Source: a virus (taxonomy: Duplodnaviria > Caudoviricetes). From it: a stretch of 40,563 nucleotides of DNA. Location of the stretch: the IMG/VR virus record IMGVR_UViG_3300031965_000077, positions 1 to 40,563 of that record, one strand, 5' to 3'. The notes below the pieces were generated by a model. The model did no database searches and was not told the origin of the DNA. It saw nothing but the letters and a program-made list of their open reading frames with translations. Position numbers and translations under genes: made by a program. Shown piece by piece: positions 18,045 through 26,322 of the stretch; the stretch's first letter is position 1; every line of letters starts with the position of its first letter.

Positions 18045-19812
18045 TTGATATAACCTTCTTTTTAGAACTTGGTACGTTAGGGGCGTATTCCGAGTGGAAC
18101 TTGCTCTTAACCATCAGCTTATCAATAGAATCAATCTGTGGTAAATGAGAGTTTTCCCCGAAGACGTCGTGTAAATCTACTAAGAACCTTTTGGCACTAA
18201 TCCTTCCCGCTAGGTTTGATCTTCTCCATTGAATGAATGTACTAAATTTGTCTCTCACGTTAAATGTATAGAATGGTTTGTATAAAACGCCGTTGACCTC
18301 TATTTCCTTTTCGGGATCTCCGTATACGGTAACTTTATACCCTAGCTTGGTCCACTCCTCGGCCAGACGTATAACAGCCGTTTCTGACCCTCCTATACCC
18401 TTCTTTAGAGAGTCCCCGTCCCATTTCTCAAAGTGATTACCCCCAAAGTTAGCGTAGTAACAAATCTCCTTTTCTCCCCAAAGCTTGGGTTTTGAGTACC
18501 TTACTAGATACTTAGCCGCAAAGGGGAGGTTCTTGATGGCCGGGGGAAGTGACCCCAAGAGTCTTGGGACTAGGTTCTCCTGCTGTATCTCCACCAAATA
18601 TCGCATGAGTTTGTGGGCGTGTTCGGCGGCTACGTCAAGGTCAGTCTGCCTGGCTACCTGCTCCAGGATCTCCCTATTCTCTTTGGTGGGGAGGTACTCG
18701 TATAACACCTTAATGGCTTGGTACGCCCGTCTTATATCTCTTTTAGCAAAATAGTAATAATTAAAAGATAGTTCAGCGAGTAAGGTTTTCATCTCAAGAA
18801 TATTAGACATTGAGGATGTCCCCTCGCTAAAATCCAGCCTACGCCCAACATCCATCCAATGCCTCATCTCTCTGTATTGTCCTAAGTTAAAGCAAATTCT
18901 TGATAGGTGAAAGTATAAAAGTGGTGAATAGGGGTACTCTTGGATGGCTTTTAACAGAAACTCCTTAGCCTTCTCGTTCTCCCCTAAAAGCCCTAAACAT
19001 TTACTCATAAGGGAACACGCCACCGCCCTCTCCTCATCCCACCCACTTTTGGATAGATACTCCTCGCCCATCTCAACACACCTCTGTAGTATTTCGGGAT
19101 CCTTATCCTCAGCGTAAATTTTCATAAGATAAAGTATAGTCCTAGGATCGGCTTCTCCCTGTTTTCTCTCGTCCTCCAGCTCCAATTCCAGTAACTCCCT
19201 GTTCCTTAACATCCTTTTGTCCATGTCCTCTGGGGACATATCCCTATCCGCCCCCAAGTGTAGCCATGCGATAGGTTCTTTCTCCGAATACTTAACCCCT
19301 GCGTAAGAGTAGGTATCGGGGTCGGTAGGAACGGGAGTCTCATGGATTCTTTTCTTCCAAACGGTAGCTCCGGGGCGAATAAGTCTCTCCCTGTTCTGCA
19401 CCATCTCCTCCCGAACGAAAGTGTTGATAGAAGGCTCCCCGTTAAACTCCGCACCATAGATATAGGTGAAGAACATACAGTCCAACCCTCTTTTCTTAGC
19501 AATTCCCGCGTAGTTTCTTAAGAGTTCGGGACTCATTATTACATCGTCCGAGTCCATCCATAATATATAGTCGTATCCTTTGGGTACTTGGGAAAAGTTG
19601 AAGTTTCTTTGTTCTGCAAAGTTCTTATTCCAATCTAGGTGTGATAGCTGTATTTTATCATGCCCAGAAGCCCAAATTTCGGTCTCTGTTGAGCTTTTGC
19701 CGTTAGTTGTGATAAACACCCCATCTACGTGCTCGTAAACGCTTAAAACGGCGTTTGTGAGCGACTCTAACTCCTCGTCACCTTTGGTTATTAGACAAAG
19801 CGCGAGTCTCAT
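18034..19812 (-). CDS. GT2 + TPR + GT4 N-terminal half; protein glycosyltransferase-like
   Basis: NFAEQRN, WMDSDD, RERL, IHE; TPR-like helices; GIGGSETAVI.LA...VTVY, DLHD, KSKFH, ISNGI. Confidence 0.88.
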   Translation of the reverse strand: MRLALCLITKGDEELESLTNAVLSVYEHVDGVFITTNGKSSTETEIWASGHDKIQLSHLDWNKNFAEQRNFNFSQVPKGYDYILWMDSDDVIMSPELLRNYAGIAKKRGLDCMFFTYIYGAEFNGEPSINTFVREEMVQNRERLIRPGATVWKKRIHETPVPTDPDTYSYAGVKYSEKEPIAWLHLGADRDMSPEDMDKRMLRNRELLELELEDERKQGEADPRTILYLMKIYAEDKDPEILQRCVEMGEEYLSKSGWDEERAVACSLMSKCLGLLGENEKAKEFLLKAIQEYPYSPLLYFHLSRICFNLGQYREMRHWMDVGRRLDFSEGTSSMSNILEMKTLLAELSFNYYYFAKRDIRRAYQAIKVLYEYLPTKENREILEQVARQTDLDVAAEHAHKLMRYLVEIQQENLVPRLLGSLPPAIKNLPFAAKYLVRYSKPKLWGEKEICYYANFGGNHFEKWDGDSLKKGIGGSETAVIRLAEEWTKLGYKVTVYGDPEKEIEVNGVLYKPFYTFNVRDKFSTFIQWRRSNLAGRISAKRFLVDLHDVFGENSHLPQIDSIDKLMVKSKFHSEYAPNVPSSKKKVISNGI

Positions 19813-20255
19813 AGTTGATTGGCCATTCTAAAAATTGGGTATCTTTTAACAAGCTTCATCCATTCTTCCCTGTTACTTCCCTTAAATTCGGGGAGGAGCT
19901 TTTTCATTAAATCGTAGATAAATGGTGGGACTGATGCTAAAGATCTTCCTGTTTGCTTGTGTACTTGTTCTCTAGCGGACATCTCCTCTTTTTTGTACTC
20001 CGCCCTCATAGCGAACCACTCTTTGGACTCTTTGGGGTACAGATCCTGCCATAGGGAAATGATAATGTTCATCACCTTCTCTCCCGATTGGGAGAAGGGG
20101 TCTTTTGGGGAGCCGAGTCTTTCGTAGGCATCCATCAGCATTTTTGTACTAGATACTGCGACGCCGGGGATAACCTCGTAGTCTTCGCCGTCCATCTTGA
20201 CCACTTTCGTTCCTCTGCTTACTGGTTTGCTAAGTGGGTTTAGTAGGTCGGCCAT
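19809..20255 (-). CDS. Hypothetical protein, first gene of glycosylation operon
   Basis: 148 aa ORF with own promoter and ATGA overlap to the GT2-TPR gene. Confidence 0.7.
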   Translation of the reverse strand: MADLLNPLSKPVSRGTKVVKMDGEDYEVIPGVAVSSTKMLMDAYERLGSPKDPFSQSGEKVMNIIISLWQDLYPKESKEWFAMRAEYKKEEMSAREQVHKQTGRSLASVPPFIYDLMKKLLPEFKGSNREEWMKLVKRYPIFRMANQL

Positions 20256-20292
20256 CGGGGGGATTCTAGCACATCAGAGAGGGGACTGACAA
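20256..20292 (-). promoter_or_regulatory. Promoter of glycosylation operon, leaderless
   Basis: TTGTCA-N18-TAGAAT (extended TGn)-N7-ATG. Confidence 0.65.
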
Positions 20293-20296
20293 GTAA

Positions 20297-20325
20297 CGCA
20301 AAACCCCTCCGTAGAGGGGTCTGCG
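20297..20325 (-). terminator. Hairpin terminator after major capsid gene
   Basis: CGCAGACCCCTC-TACG-GAGGGGTTTTGCG with cUNCGg tetraloop. Confidence 0.75.
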
Positions 20326-20347
20326 AAAGTTTCTAGCTAGTTAAACT

Positions 20348-21295
20348 TTAGAGTCCAGCGTTGTAACCAGTCCTCTTTACACTTGCTTTCTCGTTATAAG
20401 AAATAAGAGTAAATTCTGTGATGTACACACCGTTTTCTCGGTCACCGTCTTTAGCACGGTCTTCCCAGTGAGGTTCACCAGAGTTGATCAAGAACGAGTG
20501 CTCAAACATGTCTTCACGAACACCAAGAACTGTTAGAGTTCCTGCTGCGCTGTTCACATCTTTGTGTGCGAGGATCTTGACTGTTTGTCCAACCTCAGAG
20601 TCGTATACACGAATCTCTTGGGTTAGTCTTTTGTCAGAAGCCTCTACGTTCCTTGTCAAGTTGGTCCCGAATGTGGCAACACGTCGCTTAATCACGACGG
20701 GAGCTGCCAGAACATCCATTACGTAGGAAGATCCTACTGCGTCCCAAGAGTCCTGAACGATGTCGTTTAGCTCGGTTTCTGTAAACGATTGTCCTGAACT
20801 TCTTGCTGTGACGTTAGTGGAGATAGCGCCGTCAATACCGGCCAACTCACGTGCTGTGTCTGTTGCACCAACAGCGATTGAGCCGTTGACAGTTGCGTAT
20901 TCCATGGAGGCTTTAAGCCTTCTTAGCGCCCTCTCTTTTTCCACACCCATTGCATCTTCGCCTGTAACATTTGCGATAGAAGCACGAGTTCGTGAAAGTC
21001 TGATAGGCTCATCCAAGATGACTGTTCTGTTGCTCGAACGAGTTTCTACTTGCAAGTCTGGGTAGCTGGTTGCAGCACCTTCGATCTCGCCGTCAATAGA
21101 AGTTGGTCGCTCCTCATGGTATAGGTTCCACTCATGTAACGTGTTCATAGCCGGTCCTGCAACGCCTAGGTTGGAGATGAAGTAAACATCTTCGTTAGGG
21201 GAAATGTCCTTGATAATGTCAAGAACCGACTCCCTTAACTCTCCGCCGGGGGTTGTTCCGCCTTGAGCTTGATATGTGTCTTTTCCGAATGTCAT
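20348..21295 (-). CDS. Major capsid protein (DUF5309/SU10-like)
   Basis: RESVLD.I..ISP....F, HEW, EGA, N.T.I, VYDSEVG.V, LAK-like RAKDGD..NG..ITEFTL; AAAGGA RBS before ATG 21295. Confidence 0.88.
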   Translation of the reverse strand: MTFGKDTYQAQGGTTPGGELRESVLDIIKDISPNEDVYFISNLGVAGPAMNTLHEWNLYHEERPTSIDGEIEGAATSYPDLQVETRSSNRTVILDEPIRLSRTRASIANVTGEDAMGVEKERALRRLKASMEYATVNGSIAVGATDTARELAGIDGAISTNVTARSSGQSFTETELNDIVQDSWDAVGSSYVMDVLAAPVVIKRRVATFGTNLTRNVEASDKRLTQEIRVYDSEVGQTVKILAHKDVNSAAGTLTVLGVREDMFEHSFLINSGEPHWEDRAKDGDRENGVYITEFTLISYNEKASVKRTGYNAGL

Positions 21296-21303
21296 ATTAG
21301 TAT

Positions 21304-21425
21304 CCTTTCTATACTTTGAACTTAATACTTCAAGCAATAGGTTTAGGGAAGTGCTCGGTTTATCGTGGGAGCATCACACGACTATGCTTGTAAGTATTAA
21401 AGTGGATATAGTAAGGGGTTTGCAA
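21304..21425 (-). promoter_or_regulatory. Capsid 5' leader: long inverted repeat overlapping a TTGCAAACC promoter and the RBS
   Basis: TTGCAA(21420-25)-N18-TTTAAT; arms 21382-21416 and 21304-21340 are complementary. Confidence 0.65.
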
Positions 21426-21473
21426 CTAGAGTATTTAGGTCTATTTAGGTCTGAAAAGGGCTATTTGGGGCTA

Positions 21474-22337
21474 TTACTGACCTCTGCGTCGTAATAGTTC
21501 TGCTAAAGCACCTTTTTTACCAGCCTGTACCTTAGCTTTGAGTGCTTCTTCTTCTTCGTTCTCGTAGTATCCTACGGCTGACGAAGATCTAGGTCTTGTG
21601 GCGTTAATTTGTGCCTTTGCGTTGTCTTTTTCTTCTTTTTGTGCTTTTTCTTCTTTAGTCACTTGTTGTTCCTTGTAAAATACATCGTAACCCTTCTCGG
21701 CAGCAGATAGCGGATCTTGTTTCCCCTCCATCATCTGACCAATTAGTTCGTTTCTGACAAATTCCCAGTATCTAGAGTCGAAACTCTCGCTTTCAGGGTC
21801 TAGCTGTGGGTACTTCTCGTGTACTGTCTGCATTGTAGCAGATTTCTGTTGTTCTTGTTGGGCTACTTCAACCCTTCGTGCGTGTTCAAGAGCCTTTTCG
21901 GCAGCCTGTTTAGAGTTTTTCGCGCTTGTATCAAGGTCCCTCAGGGTGTTTAGGAGTTTATTTCCATCCACAAACCCTTGGTCGTCAACCATCGACCTAA
22001 ATACCTGGTCAATATCCCCCTGTTGTAGGGTCTGGAACTGCTCCGCTTGTGGAGCTTGTTGTACCGGAGCTTCGTATTTTTCTTCGGGGGTAAGGGAACT
22101 TAGTACATCCTTGTACTTCTTGTTCTCGTCCTTAAGACCGTCTATGTATTTTTTAGTTCTTTCGGGGTTCTTGGAGTTTTCAAGGGCGTCCTCCTCGGTA
22201 GGTGTCGCATCTGGTTCTAGAACCTCCTCTGCGCCCTCTACATTGTCCTCTACGGGCGTTTCTACTACTTCTGGGGCTTCAACTACTTCTGGGGTTTCTA
22301 CTGTATCTTCGGGCATTTCGTCCTTTATACCATACAA
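21474..22337 (-). CDS. Capsid scaffolding protein
   Basis: Acidic E/P-rich N-terminus, coiled coil, KYPQLDP, basic C-terminus, just upstream of capsid gene. Confidence 0.8.
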   Translation of the reverse strand: MYGIKDEMPEDTVETPEVVEAPEVVETPVEDNVEGAEEVLEPDATPTEEDALENSKNPERTKKYIDGLKDENKKYKDVLSSLTPEEKYEAPVQQAPQAEQFQTLQQGDIDQVFRSMVDDQGFVDGNKLLNTLRDLDTSAKNSKQAAEKALEHARRVEVAQQEQQKSATMQTVHEKYPQLDPESESFDSRYWEFVRNELIGQMMEGKQDPLSAAEKGYDVFYKEQQVTKEEKAQKEEKDNAKAQINATRPRSSSAVGYYENEEEEALKAKVQAGKKGALAELLRRRGQ

Positions 22338-22532
22338 TTATTTACTAAGCAATCTGTATAACTCGTCAAGTCTTGGTCCTGACCACGCAGCGCCACACGG
22401 GCATCTTAAGATGCCGCTCTCAAACTTAACATTCTCATGCTTACATCTTTTAAGATTAACCTCAACGGTTTCGCTTCTGGCCTCGTACTTCTCAATGTCC
22501 TCACTTAGATTTAGTGGTTTTAGTGTCGTCAT
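22338..22532 (-). CDS. Small Zn-ribbon protein
   Basis: CKH...CPCG motif, 64 aa. Confidence 0.6.
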   Translation of the reverse strand: MTTLKPLNLSEDIEKYEARSETVEVNLKRCKHENVKFESGILRCPCGAAWSGPRLDELYRLLSK

Positions 22533-22830
22533 TAGTTCCTAGACTATAATCCATTTTAGGATCTGAGATTTGTTTGGATAGGTTCTGTGCGAGTTTGCCG
22601 GAATTACTTAGGGTGTTAAATATCTCTCTAAAGGCGTCGGCCTTGCCGTACTGCTCTGTGTATTGTTTATGAAATTCCTCCGGGGACTTGGATACCGACG
22701 GGTCCGGCCATTTGTTCTGGAACGCCTCCTCCAACAGGGGCTTGAGATACTCCTGGCAGTCCTTCGACTCCCATAGCCTGTGGAGTCCCTCCCATTTGGC
22801 CATTTGTGTTTTGAGTAGGTCCTTGGACAT
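22501..22830 (-). CDS. Hypothetical head-module protein, overlaps portal 3' end
   Basis: 109 aa helical ORF between portal and scaffold. Confidence 0.6.
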   Translation of the reverse strand: MSKDLLKTQMAKWEGLHRLWESKDCQEYLKPLLEEAFQNKWPDPSVSKSPEEFHKQYTEQYGKADAFREIFNTLSNSGKLAQNLSKQISDPKMDYSLGTNDDTKTTKSK

Positions 22831-24688
22831 CTATTTTACTAAAAAATCTTTCCGAGTCGGTTAATCCCAATCCTTCGAGGGTGGACCTTAGCAACTCTTT
22901 AACATTGGGCCTGTACCCATCCTGTTGGAGCAATTGTAGCACAACGGGGTTAGATGTAAATAGTGCAATCGCCTGTTGTCTTGCCTGGGCTAGTTCCTCA
23001 CCAGCACCCATACTCATAGACTTAACATCTGGTACATAGTCATAGGTTCCCTCTAAGTCCTTCGGAACTATCGACACTTCTGCTGAATCGTCTGTGTCGT
23101 TAATCCTCATCTTAGTTTTAGCGTTTATCTTTGTAGGATCTTTCTCGTTTGGATTATCAAACACAGGGAATTTAGGCATGGAAGCTGTTTCGTGTAATAC
23201 TTCGATCTCCGAGTCGGTCATGTCAGGAGACTGCTGGATGATATCCCCAATCATCTGCATTGCCGCAGGATCAATCTCCGTGCCATCAAGCCCTGCCCGT
23301 TTGAAGTAGTTGTACTGTTCTTGTCCTATTATTCTTATGATGTGCTCTTGTTTATCGGGATCGGAGAATAGGAACTGTTGGTTATTTGATAACCACATCA
23401 TCATAATATCTTTTATAAACTCGGCTAAGTCGTTCTGATTCTTCTGATCTCTGTTATTCTGCTGTCTTGTAGTAGCTCGAATCTCTGTTGCGGTCTTGTC
23501 ATCGTCTGCGAATGGTCCAAAGTTTGAAATACCTTGAGACATATCCCCCATAGCAACGTTGAAAGCCGCTTTAAGCGCTTGATAGGTGGTTTGGAAGAAC
23601 GCTAATGTATTCCCGCCTGAACTCATCTCCTCTATAGCGTCTTGTCTGTCAACTATCCATTGAGCGCCCGGACCATATTGAATAGTCTCAACCCTTGTTG
23701 CGTTCTCTATAATCTTAAGCGGCGGTCGGATCTTTAGGATGACCTCGTCCATGTAGGCACATACGGTAGCTTGGATAGCTTTCCACAAAGGTAGTACAGG
23801 CTCGGCTTCGCTCTCCCCCAACGGGTCGTCCTGTAACGGGTAGTATCTTAACTGAGCAATAGGGATTCTGCCGTGATCGTAGGGGTTTTTAATATCTCTT
23901 AGTATAATATCGTAATCGGGAGCGAATGTTACCCACCTATCGGTTCTAAACTCTGTAGCGATCTTAACTACAGGAAACGCCATATCCTCCCCTGTACGGT
24001 CTTCTAACCCTCTTAATTGCTTAACCCGCGCTATATACTCAGTATTTCTTGTGGTGGATCTCTTTTGCCCCAATTTCTCGGAAAGTTTGGTCTTTAGTTT
24101 AGAAAGGTTCTTATAAATAGGCTTCCCACTAGCGTCAAGCTGATTCTCTAAATCCTCGACCTTAGCCCACTCTCTTAACTGAAACCACTTAGCATCCCTT
24201 ATATGATTGGCTGTGGGGTCAATACCACAATCCCTTATGTCCAGGGGGTACATCTCGTTACCCTCAAAGACTAGCTCCCCGTCGTTGTCCTTTTCTACTC
24301 TCCACATTACATAGGCGAATTTAGACTGATAGAGCCTTGCGTCCATGTCTGAGATGGACATTTTGGTCTGCATTGAGCCTCCATCATTGGCAGACTCCCA
24401 TTGAAAGTCGAGTAAAGCGTTGTTGATTTGAGCGCCGATAGTGTCAGCGCCCTCTCTTGGCACAAGCCTCCCTCTGAGTTTTGAATTGATTAACCGCCCG
24501 TTTTTTTCAATTAGTGAGGTTCTAAGCACCGGGTCAACTATTCTTGTGGTGTAGGGCCAATCGTTGGGTAACTTCCCATAGTAGGCATCGGTGATGTCGT
24601 TCCACCCACCCTTACGGTTAAGACGCTTCTCCATGTCCTGCGTCCACATCTCGTAATGTTGTGATATTTCTTTTAGGATCTCCGCCAT
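22667..24688 (-). CDS. Portal protein (P22/SU10-like)
   Basis: 673 aa after TerL; NPY.HGRIP, PLGESE, KTATEI motifs; Q/G/P-rich tail. Confidence 0.88.
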   Translation of the reverse strand: MAEILKEISQHYEMWTQDMEKRLNRKGGWNDITDAYYGKLPNDWPYTTRIVDPVLRTSLIEKNGRLINSKLRGRLVPREGADTIGAQINNALLDFQWESANDGGSMQTKMSISDMDARLYQSKFAYVMWRVEKDNDGELVFEGNEMYPLDIRDCGIDPTANHIRDAKWFQLREWAKVEDLENQLDASGKPIYKNLSKLKTKLSEKLGQKRSTTRNTEYIARVKQLRGLEDRTGEDMAFPVVKIATEFRTDRWVTFAPDYDIILRDIKNPYDHGRIPIAQLRYYPLQDDPLGESEAEPVLPLWKAIQATVCAYMDEVILKIRPPLKIIENATRVETIQYGPGAQWIVDRQDAIEEMSSGGNTLAFFQTTYQALKAAFNVAMGDMSQGISNFGPFADDDKTATEIRATTRQQNNRDQKNQNDLAEFIKDIMMMWLSNNQQFLFSDPDKQEHIIRIIGQEQYNYFKRAGLDGTEIDPAAMQMIGDIIQQSPDMTDSEIEVLHETASMPKFPVFDNPNEKDPTKINAKTKMRINDTDDSAEVSIVPKDLEGTYDYVPDVKSMSMGAGEELAQARQQAIALFTSNPVVLQLLQQDGYRPNVKELLRSTLEGLGLTDSERFFSKIDVQGPTQNTNGQMGGTPQAMGVEGLPGVSQAPVGGGVPEQMAGPVGIQVPGGIS

Positions 24689-24726
24689 GACTTATATTCT
24701 ACTAGGTAACGATAGTAGGTTTGCAA
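24689..24726 (-). promoter_or_regulatory. TTGCAAACC-class promoter, leaderless
   Basis: TTGCAA-N19-TAGAAT-N7-ATG. Confidence 0.7.
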
Positions 24727-25003
24727 ACTCTCCTACGCTAACCCTCACAACTTTAACCACGTCTGAAAAAACTGTGTACCCCTCCTCTACCGCCCTGTGC
24801 TTACAGTCAGAGCAAACTCTTACAAACTCGCGCCTAATATCCTCGTCTAAGGGAAGCATATATGCCGGGGATTCCCTGCTTTGCCTCTCTTTACAAGACT
24901 GGCAGTACCATATATCCAAGTCCTCAATCACCATTCCTCTCCTCCCACCGCCGTACTTATCCCAACCATACATTTTCTTGGTTTCCTTCACTCTAGGCTC
25001 CAT
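24692..25003 (-). CDS. Zinc-finger protein
   Basis: CQSC...CSDC; probable start MEPRVKE. Confidence 0.6.
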   Translation of the reverse strand: MEPRVKETKKMYGWDKYGGGRRGMVIEDLDIWYCQSCKERQSRESPAYMLPLDEDIRREFVRVCSDCKHRAVEEGYTVFSDVVKVVRVSVGEFANLLSLPSRI

Positions 25004-26322
25004 TTCTTTATCTCTTGTTTGTTCCTCTCGGCGATCATGGTAGCTGATTGTTTGTCTACGGGTATAAAGGATACCGCCCAATATCTTAGTGCTGCCATAA
25101 GGTCGTAATGTCCCCCTGTGGGGTCGTCGGACTCGTCAAGAACGGAGATTATATTATCCGAGCCTTTAATGATCTCTCTCCACTTAAGGTTTTCTATCTG
25201 TTTTATGAATGGCTGGTTCTCTGGCGTGTCGAATACGAATAATCTAGGCGCGTTCTCTATCTCCCTACCATCGGGGAGTTTGATTGTATGGCCTTCTGCG
25301 GGTTTTAGTAACTCATTTACCTTCTCTACCCCATACTCCACCCAACCTTTACTATTCTGTCCCATTTCCTTAACAGCCGGTTGGATCGATAGTCCATACT
25401 TGTTAAATTCGAGAAACCATTGCGCTCCTGAAGGGTCGCCCCACCTTGGAACTACACCGTCATTGAAATCCTGTGCTAGTACGACCTTGGCGTGTTCCTC
25501 TATATGTCTCCCACTATCCATGTAACAAGTAGTGAGAAAGTGTACCCTGTCCCTATTTGTTGCAAACTTAGGCGAAGCCGTGAAGTGAGTTGCGCCGTAA
25601 TCAAAACCCCTGGATTTCTGCCACTCAGAAGGAACTTCGAAGGGTTTTATTACATGAACCTGTCTATCCCATGGTTTGAATACCGATCCTGTGAACTTTC
25701 TAAAGTCAGCCATATACTCCTGATAGAAAGCGTCTTCGGTTAGTTCTTTTTTAGCTTGATCTATCTCCGTTTTAGGTATGAATGGGTTATCGTATGATGA
25801 GAATCGCCACGATTTATACTCCCCGTCTTCTTGTCCTAGTTGATATAGTTCATGGAAGTGATTAAACCCCTTAGGCGTTGAAATAAAGATAGCCGGGGCT
25901 GCGTAGTCTGTTAGTGTTGGTCGTAATACCTCTTGCCACAACCAATTCCAATTACGAATCGAGGCTATCTCATCCACTACCAATCCCCTTAGTTTGATCC
26001 CTCGCAGGGCGTCTGGGTTCTCAGAGCCTTTAAGTTCGATTATCGAGCCGTTTTTTAATGTAATGGAGAGTTCTACTTCGTTCTTCTTAGTAACCCACCC
26101 TCTTGGTATCTCCTTATTTAGCTCCCTCCAGTGTATCATCTTACTAGCTTTGTATGTAGGGGAGACTATCCAATATAATCCATTCTCCTCGACCGCCCAC
26201 TTCAAAATCAAGAGCCTACTCAAAACAGATTTCCCACTACGGCGCCCTGCGCATATAACCCTAAACCTATGTGGGTCGTTAGCAACCTCCATTTGCCACG
26301 GGTTAAGTTTAACAGTGGCCAT
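24988..26322 (-). CDS. terL: Terminase large subunit
   Basis: Walker A AGRRSGKS, LRG...VVDE, ISTPKG.NHF, nuclease GFDYG, D.M.ALRY; start MATVKL with GGAG RBS. Confidence 0.95.
   Translation of the reverse strand: MATVKLNPWQMEVANDPHRFRVICAGRRSGKSVLSRLLILKWAVEENGLYWIVSPTYKASKMIHWRELNKEIPRGWVTKKNEVELSITLKNGSIIELKGSENPDALRGIKLRGLVVDEIASIRNWNWLWQEVLRPTLTDYAAPAIFISTPKGFNHFHELYQLGQEDGEYKSWRFSSYDNPFIPKTEIDQAKKELTEDAFYQEYMADFRKFTGSVFKPWDRQVHVIKPFEVPSEWQKSRGFDYGATHFTASPKFATNRDRVHFLTTCYMDSGRHIEEHAKVVLAQDFNDGVVPRWGDPSGAQWFLEFNKYGLSIQPAVKEMGQNSKGWVEYGVEKVNELLKPAEGHTIKLPDGREIENAPRLFVFDTPENQPFIKQIENLKWREIIKGSDNIISVLDESDDPTGGHYDLMAALRYWAVSFIPVDKQSATMIAERNKQEIKKWSLE

Noticed and set aside
21345-21390. Fluoride riboswitch or pistol ribozyme in the capsid leader
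   Set aside because: Only superficial similarity (GAUG, stem-UAAA, pseudoknot); conserved cores and further stems are missing
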